Notes under the pieces: generated by a model
Seen by the model: only the letters and a program-made list of their open reading frames with translations
What the model was told of the DNA's origin: nothing
The model's database searches: none
Translations under genes and position numbers: made by a program
Shown here: piece after piece, positions 1 through 8,090 of the stretch
Position numbering within the stretch: the first letter of the stretch is position 1
Layout of the letters: every line of letters starts with the position of its first letter
DNA from: an uncultured virus (IMG/VR IMGVR_UViG_3300001419_000001)
Taxonomy: Duplodnaviria; Heunggongvirae; Uroviricota; Caudoviricetes
Length of the DNA: 20,000 bases
IMG/VR virus record: IMGVR_UViG_3300001419_000001
Coordinates: 47,123-67,122 of that record
Reading direction: 5' to 3' (one strand)

Positions 1-3000
1 ATTGATCCCTTGCCTTTCATAAACTCATCGTAGTTCTTATCTGGAAGGGCTTTTTTAAAGGCAGCCCTACTTCTACTACTACCATCTAATCTGTGTCCAT
101 GACCAACTGTTAAGTATTGCTCAGTTTTAGTTGCCTTTCTTGGCTTTGATATAAAACCTTCCTCACCAATAATTAATTTTGCTACATCTCTTTGTGGTGG
201 CAAAGCCATTGTTGTTTGAGAGAGCATAGCAGCAGCCGATCCCAAAGTACCAAGCGAACCTCCTGATGCAGTATTAGAACTTAATGGTATTGTTTTTTCC
301 CCATCAAAAAAGCCACCACCACTGGATTCTTCGCTTGGTAAGTAATCCTCTCCTAGTTTTTCTTCTATTACTTTTATTACATTTTTAGGAAGATCTGCGG
401 TTCGTCTTTTGGGATCTATTGGTTTAACTTCTTTTCTACCGTTAAATATTGGGGCTGTTTGATAAGTAAGCGCACCATAAAGTCCTCCCATACCAATAGC
501 CACTCTTTCTAAATCTCTCATTTCTTTTGGCGTACGAGGATTTACAATTGAATTAGCAACTGATCTTAAATCAATAAATGCCATAAGATCTCCAGAAAGC
601 GGTAGTTCTTGATTACTTCCATTATTCCTTATGATAAACGCACCCTCATTATTTCTTTGAAATCCATACGGATCTCTAGGTATTTCTACTAATCCCCATC
701 CTCCCTGATCAAATGCTCTTCTTAGATCATTATCTTCCAAGTTGCCAGAATTGTATGTAAAATCTGGATATCTAGGATTGGCAAATGATGGTACTTCTTT
801 GTTTGCCAAGTATGATGCTCCTCTCATGAAATCTATTAATGTAATATCTGAAAACGCAAGCGTCTGTATTGTGTCTTTGGTTTTGTCAGATAGTTGATTC
901 CATGTTGCTCCAAAACCGGGAATTCCAGTTTTAATAAACTCTAATCTATTTTTTGAATATTGTTCAGGATTGAAGGAAAGTTTTGGTCTAGAGTTGAAAA
1001 ACAATCCTGCTATTTGGTGTTTATCATTTGCAAAAACATGTTTTCCATTTGAGTCTTGTAAAAGATTATTGGGGAAGTTCCATGATGGTCTTCCATTTTT
1101 ATTTAAATATGGCGGCGGCACATTTAAAGATTTTGTTTGATCGAATCCACCTCTCATGTTTGTTGAGCGATAGGACCAATATGGACCCACTGGTCTTGTG
1201 ACATTTGACAAAAGGAATTCATCTGCAATTTTTTCAAATCTATCGCTATAAGATAGACCTTGTTCTGGGGGTATATATCCTTGTTCGTTAGCATATGCTA
1301 AGAACCCTAATGTAAATGCAAAATTATCTGAACGTCCCGGTGTAGTTTCTGACGCAAAGGCATCAAAGTTATCCAATAAAATTTTCATCATCTCTAGTTG
1401 ATCTTGATCAGACCCATTACTACCGAATTCCGCAAGTCTGCTTTGGTTTTCTGGATTACGATATGATTGCAATATTTTATTTAATGATATAACATTTGGA
1501 TCATTTGCCCATAATGGTATTACTGTACCCGGAAGAATTGTATCTGATTCATTTAAAGACGATGCATTCCAAGCATCAGCAACTCCTTCTGGAACTCGAA
1601 TAGTAATGTTGTGGTTTGCTCTTTTAAGTAAGTTCAGCATTCCTATTGTAGTATCTAAAGACAATTGTCCTCTGTTGTCATCATTGATAACTATTTGCTC
1701 AGATCGCGGTGCCCTTGTATTTGTTATTGAAACAAGAAGACCTAGTGGTGTTTCTATGTTTAAGTCATCACGATCTTGTAGCGAAGACCTATATAATCTC
1801 GCTGCTTCCATTGCATTTAAATCATTTCCATTGGGCCTAATTTCAGGCATAGCACTGGTAAAATTTGAATTTCTTATGTTATTTAGACTTGCTTTATCAT
1901 CGCCTGCTATAGCAAAGCGAGTTGTAAAACCAAACGATGTTTCTCTAAGAATTCTTTTTTTATCCTCTGGAGAAACATTTTTTAATGCTCTTAGTTGTTT
2001 AGCGACATTCAAAGAAAATGCTAGTGATATGTTGTCAGTTTTTTCATTTGGGTTATTGAATATCCTTGTAAATCTATCTTGATATCTTACAGATGGGTCA
2101 TATGTTAGGTCAACAATATTAGATGAAGCAGGACGACCAATCATGGTATCTGATAGATTGAGTTGAAATGCTGCATTATCTCTTAGAGATATTCCCTCAT
2201 TGGCAACCATTTCTCCAACTCCAATAAATGCAGTTAGAAATGTAAGTGGAGTACCTATCATATCTGGTTCGTCTCCGAAACTCCTTTCAGCATCTGCTAC
2301 AGAAATTAGGAAACTTTCCATTCTATTAATTTTATTCTCATCTACTGTGGGACCATAAATCAAATCATTGCTAAGGTATGCCCATGCTACGGCTCCCTTT
2401 TGAGTTAGTTGTCCTGCTTCCTTATTGAATAAATTAGGATCTTCCCACAAATTTCTCACATCTGCAATAGATGATTTATCAAAATTAAATAACTCTTCTG
2501 ATGATATGGTTATATTGGGACTGACAAGCCCCCAACCAACCAATTGTTTTGTAAACATGTTTCCTGTTTGTGTTCTATACTCAATGTCTAAGGCTGTTTG
2601 ATATAGTTTTGTGGCTGATGCTTCATTGTGACCTGATCGTAATAAGTCCCCTAGAAAATCATCAAGGCTATCTGGATTTTCTTTATATCTTTTTAGAAAA
2701 TCTAATGCTTCGTATCTCATCATGGGGTTTTTAAGCGGATCTTCTGTGTTTATCCATCTATTTATTACATCTCTTGATGCTCCAGAATTTGCCTGCCTGT
2801 TGTCAAACGCACTAAGCACTGCTCTGACTTTGGTTTGGATTGTAGAAGAAGAATCTCCCATAATTCCCAACACTTTTTGAGAAGGCAGTTTTATTTGATC
2901 ACCAAGTCCAAGTGTATCAACAATATCAGCATCGGATACACTCTGATCAAATGGGAATAATTCTCTTGTTATTCTAATAAGCGATGCATTGATTCTATCT

Positions 3001-4634
3001 GCTGCTTGGTCCACATTAGCAGAGGCTAATATATGAGTATCTCCAATTAGATTACTCAAAGTATTTTGATAAATGGTTTGATACTCTCTTGATTGGACTA
3101 CTGTAGAAAGCATCTCATTTTTCTTTGATTGCTGATAAGACATGCCTTTTTCTGTAAGGAAATATATTCCGTTTTCTTCAGTATATAATCCCCTCTCTAC
3201 CAAGTTTTCTTTGCTTGTCTGGAAGTGCAACTCTGCTACTCTAACTTGACTGGAAGATAAAGGCATTCCTCTGTATCCTAGATTGTCATCCCAATATGCT
3301 GATGTTAGGGATATTACAAAAGGAAGAGGTTTGTATTCGTTTTCTGGTGGTCTTGTCAATAAACCTCTCATTCCATCAACAGCATCTTTTTCTGTTGTTC
3401 CTATATACAACTCCGTTGGTGGAATATATTTTGCTCCTTCTGGATTGCTAGCATACTCATTTAATTCCATACTTCTACCCAATACTGTTGCATATCTTTC
3501 TTGTTGTAGTCTTCTTTCTGTCTCTTTACTAGCAATTTTTACAATAGGCCCTTCAACTGAACTTACGAAGGCACGAATTTGGCTTTCTCTTTCTTCAGGA
3601 GTTAAGTTTGGCACAAATTGTAATGAATGATCTGCTATGGCTTGCACCAATCTGTTCAAATTGTTAGCCGTAGGGTTATCTACTATGCTGTCAATAATAG
3701 AGCCATTTACAATATCTCCATCTGCAAAACCAATTGCTTGAAAAAACTGATCGGCATTTGGCATATCTCCAACCAATTGTTGAAAACTTGGGAAGATTGT
3801 GTTTATGTCTCCATTTGTTGATAAGGCTACAAACTCAGGAAGAACATCAACCACAGTTGACATTGAATCTTTCCATCCTTTGGTAGCCTGTTCTAATAGA
3901 TAACTATTAGCACCCCTAGAGTAAGAAGAGTTGTTTTTAAATATACCTAGTTGAATCTGTTCCATTGCTGTAGATTTTGTGTCACGATATGAATTTATTT
4001 GTGTGACCAAATCGTTTATTTTTGGATCGGATCTAAACGCTATATCCATTGCAGCAGGATTCAATAAAGGATTATCTCTATTAAATCTATCTACTTCTTT
4101 TTGATACTCAAGGAAAAGTTCATTTAATCTGCCATCAACATTTTGATTTCTTTGTGCTAAGATTGACGTTTTCAATCTAGATGCTTCTGCTTTCCCACCA
4201 GATGTGATAAGATTACCAAGCATTCTTTCTTGAATATCCAGTTCCAACTGAGACTTTCCTTCTGGTCTGTTGATAGGATATTCATTGTTGTTGTAGTTGT
4301 AAAGTGATTCTCCATTGAGGGAGGCTTGCTCAACTTTATTCAACTCGACTTGGTATGCATTGATTGCATCTTGATCGTGTCTTTGGTCTCTTTGTCTTTG
4401 TGCCTGCTCTAGTTGACCCGGTATTTGTGCCAGTCCCATTGCAGCATTTGCAATATTAGCCAGATTACCATACATGTATTCTTCTTGTGATTGACTGGGA
4501 AGACGACCATAGACATCTCCAAGTTGGATTTGCCCTCCAACAACCTGCCCCTGTCCATAGTATTGTGGAGACGGTGTGACAATATCGGTATTAGGTGGTA
4601 CTGCCTCTGGTCGAATCATTCTTGGATCAATCAT
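1..4634 (-). CDS. Large internal virion (DNA ejection) protein, gp15/gp16-class, with a lysozyme-like (GH24) domain at the window edge; 3'-truncated, >1540 aa
   Basis: Missing from the ORF track, consistent with no stop inside the window. ATG at 4634-4632 follows an AAGGAG SD and reads MIDPRMIRPEAVPPNTDIVTPSPQYYGQGQ.... I translated about 4634-2520 and 209-1 by hand: no stops, same frame. Mostly helical-looking sequence. Near the edge it reads LIIGEEGFISKPRKATKTEQYLTVGHGHRL, resembling T4 lysozyme [27 protein letters not shown]. It directly follows a gp14-like gene. Confidence 0.8.
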   Translation of the reverse strand, partial: MIDPRMIRPEAVPPNTDIVTPSPQYYGQGQVVGGQIQLGDVYGRLPSQSQEEYMYGNLANIANAAMGLAQIPGQLEQAQRQRDQRHDQDAINAYQVELNKVEQASLNGESLYNYNNNEYPINRPEGKSQLELDIQERMLGNLITSGGKAEASRLKTSILAQRNQNVDGRLNELFLEYQKEVDRFNRDNPLLNPAAMDIAFRSDPKINDLVTQINSYRDTKSTAMEQIQLGIFKNNSSYSRGANSYLLEQATKGWKDSMSTVVDVLPEFVALSTNGDINTIFPSFQQLVGDMPNADQFFQAIGFADGDIVNGSIIDSIVDNPTANNLNRLVQAIADHSLQFVPNLTPEERESQIRAFVSSVEGPIVKIASKETERRLQQERYATVLGRSMELNEYASNPEGAKYIPPTELYIGTTEKDAVDGMRGLLTRPPENEYKPLPFVISLTSAYWDDNLGYRGMPLSSSQVRVAELHFQTSKENLVERGLYTEENGIYFLTEKGMSYQQSKKNEMLSTVVQSREYQTIYQNTLSNLIGDTHILASANVDQAADRINASLIRITRELFPFDQSVSDADIVDTLGLGDQIKLPSQKVLGIMGDSSSTIQTKVRAVLSAFDNRQANSGASRDVINRWINTEDPLKNPMMRYEALDFLKRYKENPDSLDDFLGDLLRSGHNEASATKLYQTALDIEYRTQTGNMFTKQLVGWGLVSPNITISSEELFNFDKSSIADVRNLWEDPNLFNKEAGQLTQKGAVAWAYLSNDLIYGPTVDENKINRMESFLISVADAERSFGDEPDMIGTPLTFLTAFIGVGEMVANEGISLRDNAAFQLNLSDTMIGRPASSNIVDLTYDPSVRYQDRFTRIFNNPNEKTDNISLAFSLNVAKQLRALKNVSPEDKKRILRETSFGFTTRFAIAGDDKASLNNIRNSNFTSAMPEIRPNGNDLNAMEAARLYRSSLQDRDDLNIETPLGLLVSITNTRAPRSEQIVINDDNRGQLSLDTTIGMLNLLKRANHNITIRVPEGVADAWNASSLNESDTILPGTVIPLWANDPNVISLNKILQSYRNPENQSRLAEFGSNGSDQDQLEMMKILLDNFDAFASETTPGRSDNFAFTLGFLAYANEQGYIPPEQGLSYSDRFEKIADEFLLSNVTRPVGPYWSYRSTNMRGGFDQTKSLNVPPPYLNKNGRPSWNFPNNLLQDSNGKHVFANDKHQIAGLFFNSRPKLSFNPEQYSKNRLEFIKTGIPGFGATWNQLSDKTKDTIQTLAFSDITLIDFMRGASYLANKEVPSFANPRYPDFTYNSGNLEDNDLRRAFDQGGWGLVEIPRDPYGFQRNNEGAFIIRNNGSNQELPLSGDLMAFIDLRSVANSIVNPRTPKEMRDLERVAIGMGGLYGALTYQTAPIFNGRKEVKPIDPKRRTADLPKNVIKVIEEKLGEDYLPSEESSGGGFFDGEKTIPLSSNTASGGSLGTLGSAAAMLSQTTMALPPQRDVAKLIIGEEGFISKPRKATKTEQYLTVGHGHRLDGSSRSRAAFKKALPDKNYDEFMKGKGS

Positions 4635-4645
4635 TTAAAGTCTCC

Positions 4646-5326
4646 TTAAGGTCTTGCTAGGTAATATGGTGCAGGTGTTTGACCAACTTGTGGTGCTGAT
4701 GTGCCCATGCCGGAAATAGAGGCATACGCGCCTAGACCTGACGCAAGACCACCTGCTGTTCCTGCAATAATATTCATTGCCCCATAGGATTCTCCTATTG
4801 GCTTTTGACTGGATAACTGTAGGTTGGGCATGATTAAATCAAAGCGTTGTTGATTCATCATATTCTCCATTTGTCTCTTGATATTGTTTTCTGTTTGTTT
4901 ATAGTTTCTATCTGACTGCATTGTTTGATTTAGGAAGTTTGCACTTTGTGCTAGGCTCAATGCCTTGGCTGTGCCTCCAGATATTTTGGATGCTGCTAGT
5001 TGATTACCTAATGCACCTTTCATTTGTCTGTAGGTTTTGCTCATCTCCCCATCTGCAAATGATTTTTGGAGGCTAAGTGCTTTAAGTGAATCGCTCTCAA
5101 AAAGATATGCTGCTCGTTGAATGGCAGCATTTCGTTCCATTTGTTGTTGCTGGGCATAAGAGGCATTGAATAATTGCTTACCATTGTTGATGGCCTTTTG
5201 CATTTCTCCCTGAATCCAAGCCTGTCGTGCTTGTTGCTCTCTTCTTCTAGCAGCAGAATTGCCTGTAATACCTTGAAAAATACCGCTTACTATGCCAGCA
5301 CCTAGTGCAATTGCTCCTAAATCCAT
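4646..5326 (-). CDS. Internal virion protein, T7 gp14-like (ejection protein)
   Basis: 226 aa. Gly/Ala-rich hydrophobic N-terminus (MDLGAIALGAGIVSGIFQG), Gln/Ala-rich helical middle, second Gly/Ala-rich segment near the C-terminus (IIAGTAGGLASGLGAY). This is the usual gp14-class layout. GGAGG SD; sits before the large ejection gene. Confidence 0.7.
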   Translation of the reverse strand: MDLGAIALGAGIVSGIFQGITGNSAARRREQQARQAWIQGEMQKAINNGKQLFNASYAQQQQMERNAAIQRAAYLFESDSLKALSLQKSFADGEMSKTYRQMKGALGNQLAASKISGGTAKALSLAQSANFLNQTMQSDRNYKQTENNIKRQMENMMNQQRFDLIMPNLQLSSQKPIGESYGAMNIIAGTAGGLASGLGAYASISGMGTSAPQVGQTPAPYYLARP

Positions 5327-5329
5327 ATG

Positions 5330-6994
5330 TTACCTCCATCCCCATTGGTTACTTTTCTTTTGTTGCTTCTTGGCTGTCAGTTCGCGAATAGCCCCACTGT
5401 GGGGAATCCAGTCAGAAGCCCTGAAATCGCTAGCCCAACTAGCAACCATGTTTTCCCATTCTTTTTGTTTATTATCTTGAATAAGTCTATCTGTATTGTA
5501 TTGCATCATGTCCTTGTAGAAGTCCACGGCACTGGCAAGGGCATCAATGCGGTCATCATGTTTGAGGCATCCACGCTCGTCTGTGAGCCTTGTGAGTTGG
5601 ATCTGGTTCTTCTCATCCTTGGCTACCCTACGATCCCATACAAGGCGATGCTGGGCTATCACAGGCTCTAGGGTATCCAGCATCCTTGCTTCCTTCCGTC
5701 CCGATACACGGAACTCCTCGATGCCTATACGCCCACAGTTCTCAATGAGGAATGGGGTAATGACTTTGGAAAAGAGACCATCACCAAAGTTGGACTCTAC
5801 CCGTACCATTTTGATCCCATATTCTAAACATAATTTAGCAATTTTGTTTAGGACAGCATCGTTGTATCCCCCCTCCCATCCAATCAGTTCGTGGATGTAG
5901 ATCATCCCACCAGCCGTGGAGGCAATGCATACAGCAGTCTCATCTGCCCCACGACCAGAGGGATCTATGACCATGTGTCTATGTTGATAGTCCACATAGT
6001 TTGAGGATATGTGCATAGGTTCCATGATCATATCCCCACCCAGTCCCCAACTTGGCATCTTCTTATTGGCGTTTTGACCCTGCCAGATGACTTTCTCTGG
6101 AGCCTTGTCAAACGGCACATCGAATACGATGAGATCGGACAGCTTCAACGGATACTTGTCTATATCTGACAGGGTAGTATCAAGCATGTATTGCAAGGCA
6201 AAAGCCTTGGGTCCAATCTTAGCCTTGCGTTCCATGAGCATTTCCGTGTCAAAACGCTCAGGCTGGGTGGACTCGCCAGCAGCAAGATTAAGATCCCATA
6301 TCCAATCAGCAATATCCTCGGATTCACCGGGGAGGCTTTGGTCAGGCATGAGAGCAGGATACTTGACCAATGGATATGATTGCTTGAGTACTGTATATAT
6401 TGATTCCGCAGAGTGCGGTGTCCCTAGGAACAAGACTCTTGATCCCTTGTTCCTGACGGACTCTAGTTCGGTTAGTTTGTGAAGAAGACGCTCTCTTGCT
6501 TCTACAGTTTGGGTATTGGTTGAGATCTCTACGTCATCACAGATGATGAGATCTGCGTGGAGTCCTGTAATCTGAGAGGTTGATCCTCTGGCAGTGCAGG
6601 ATAGATCCTGTGTGAATGATGTTCTGATATTGTGATTGAAGCCAAGTGCCGAGTCTTTGGTATGCTCATCTGGAATCATGTGATTGCAGTATGGCACCAT
6701 GTTCAGGATCTTTCTTGTTTGAGATACAAACTCAATGGCTTTCTGTTGGGTGGCAGACAACACCAATACAGTCTTGTTTGGATTTGCCATCATGAACCAT
6801 GAGGCAAACATGGCGGTGAGCGTGGACTTCCCTGTTCCACGCCCAGCCGCCAGAATGAAATCGTTTGGTCCATACTGAAGTTGTCTTGAGATTTCATATT
6901 GCATGGGGGTAGGCTCTCCAAGTCCTAGGTGCTTCATGCAAAAGAACACATGGTTCCTGAAATCATTAACGACTTCTTCAGTAGGTTTAATCAA
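5330..6994 (-). CDS. terL: Terminase large subunit (T7 gp19-like DNA maturase B)
   Basis: Walker A AGRGTGKST; QITGLHADLIICDDVE (Walker B); FLGTP coupling motif; nuclease motifs VIDPSGRGADET, VESNFGDG and KHDDRIDAL, as in the T7 gp19 family. Predicted TTG start overlaps the terS stop. Confidence 0.97.
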   Translation of the reverse strand: MIKPTEEVVNDFRNHVFFCMKHLGLGEPTPMQYEISRQLQYGPNDFILAAGRGTGKSTLTAMFASWFMMANPNKTVLVLSATQQKAIEFVSQTRKILNMVPYCNHMIPDEHTKDSALGFNHNIRTSFTQDLSCTARGSTSQITGLHADLIICDDVEISTNTQTVEARERLLHKLTELESVRNKGSRVLFLGTPHSAESIYTVLKQSYPLVKYPALMPDQSLPGESEDIADWIWDLNLAAGESTQPERFDTEMLMERKAKIGPKAFALQYMLDTTLSDIDKYPLKLSDLIVFDVPFDKAPEKVIWQGQNANKKMPSWGLGGDMIMEPMHISSNYVDYQHRHMVIDPSGRGADETAVCIASTAGGMIYIHELIGWEGGYNDAVLNKIAKLCLEYGIKMVRVESNFGDGLFSKVITPFLIENCGRIGIEEFRVSGRKEARMLDTLEPVIAQHRLVWDRRVAKDEKNQIQLTRLTDERGCLKHDDRIDALASAVDFYKDMMQYNTDRLIQDNKQKEWENMVASWASDFRASDWIPHSGAIRELTAKKQQKKSNQWGWR

Positions 6995-7212
6995 TATGTT
7001 GATTCCTTGATCTTGAAGGGTGCAGCCTCGGACATTGCCTTGGTTACTTCTTCAAGTGCTTGACTTGGGATGCCATCTGCTGCTTCTCTATTGTCATTGA
7101 TGATGCCACGGATGACGGTATATAGCCCCGGAGTACACTTGTCAGGATCCTTGAGATCCCGAACAAGTGAATCCAGTAGCATCTCATTTAAGATCTGTAC
7201 TTTACTCTTCAT
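6991..7212 (-). CDS. terS: Terminase small subunit (T7 gp18-like DNA maturase A)
   Basis: 73 aa, directly upstream of terL. LNEMLLDSLVRDLKDPDKCTPGLYTVIRGIINDN resembles the gp18 pattern (MLADL...SPQLYNAI.KLL). Confidence 0.85.
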   Translation of the reverse strand: MKSKVQILNEMLLDSLVRDLKDPDKCTPGLYTVIRGIINDNREAADGIPSQALEEVTKAMSEAAPFKIKESTY

Positions 7213-7316
7213 CGAATAAGGCTTCTAATCTTAGAGATGGGAAATATACATCCTGCGATGTATCCGGCTAGGCACATCAGCCCAGCAAACCACAAACTTC
7301 CTAGGAATGCTTCCAT
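7209..7316 (-). CDS. Small single-TM membrane protein (35 aa), possible holin or lysis regulator
   Basis: Below the ORF-track cutoff. AAGGAG SD, then MEAFLGSLWFAGLMCLAGYIAGCIFPISKIRSLIR*. Hydrophobic helix with a basic C-tail. Its TGA overlaps the terS ATG (ATGA), and it fills the gap between the flanking genes. Confidence 0.7.
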   Translation of the reverse strand: MEAFLGSLWFAGLMCLAGYIAGCIFPISKIRSLIR

Positions 7317-7858
7317 TGTTTTTTCTCCTTTTTGTATGCAGCATCAAAGTCCTTGTCTGTTGCTCTGAGAACAGCCACGGCTTCTCTGATGCTTGTTTTG
7401 GAAGTATCGTCTTCTGCCTCAATCATCAACTTTGCGGTTTCTTTCTTCCCTTTGGGAATCATTGAGGCAAACAATCTCATAAACGCTCTAATTGGTTTTC
7501 CCAATCCAAGGTACCATAGGATGACGAAGGCTCCTATGATTCCTAGTGACAACAATCCGTATTCCAGTATTGGTGCCCACCATGGAACTGTGTCATCAAT
7601 CTCTGGTAACAGTTCCACGGTATTGTACATAATATCAATAATATCTTGTTGCTCTCTTGCTCCATGTTTTGCTTCATCACTGATGAGCAGAACATCCATA
7701 TGCTCGGTTTTACGGACCTCTTCCTCAATAGTTTGGAATCGCTCTTTGCTTGACTGTGCTACTCTAGAAACCTCTACAACATTCTTTCCTATTTGTTTGG
7801 AAGGGGAACACCCATTAATTAGAACGATCAAGACGATCCATGCGTACTCTAAGCGCAT
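7301..7858 (-). CDS. Putative lipoprotein with an internal TM helix; spanin-like lysis protein
   Basis: 185 aa, AAGGAG SD. Signal MRLEYAWIVLIVLING-C17 (lipobox-like; Asn at -2 is non-canonical), ~80-aa helical segment, TM helix ~100-120 (YGLLSLGIIGAFVILWYLGLG), charged C-terminal tail. Confidence 0.55.
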   Translation of the reverse strand: MRLEYAWIVLIVLINGCSPSKQIGKNVVEVSRVAQSSKERFQTIEEEVRKTEHMDVLLISDEAKHGAREQQDIIDIMYNTVELLPEIDDTVPWWAPILEYGLLSLGIIGAFVILWYLGLGKPIRAFMRLFASMIPKGKKETAKLMIEAEDDTSKTSIREAVAVLRATDKDFDAAYKKEKKQWKHS

Positions 7859-8078
7859 CTATTCTCTCCTTTAAAGCAGCATCTGTTGCAACAAATTCAA
7901 TCTGCGATTTGGTCAACTCTTCTACAATTTCTTTTAAATCTTCTAGTTGACCTGTGTTGTAGACTTGATTTGCCTGATATTCACCTACTCTTACAAATAC
8001 TCCAGCCAAACCTATAGCAATAATTACTATCTGAAGCAATTGTAAAACAGTTGATAAGTCTGGGTGCTTTCCTTCCAT
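7815..8078 (-). CDS. Membrane protein with N-terminal TM and coiled coil (holin-like or i-spanin-like)
   Basis: 87 aa, AGGAG SD. TM ~11-31 (VLQLLQIVIIAIGLAGVFVRV) followed by a heptad-like tail (LEDLKEIVEELTK...LKERIDALRVRMDRL). Lies between the fibre genes and the terminase. Confidence 0.55.
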   Translation of the reverse strand: MEGKHPDLSTVLQLLQIVIIAIGLAGVFVRVGEYQANQVYNTGQLEDLKEIVEELTKSQIEFVATDAALKERIDALRVRMDRLDRSN

Positions 8079-8090
8079 TGTATCTCTCCT

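Noticed and set aside
7209..8078. Absence of an endolysin from the lysis cassette as a novelty
   Set aside because: T7-like phages often encode the endolysin elsewhere (e.g. gp3.5 in the replication region), which is outside this window.
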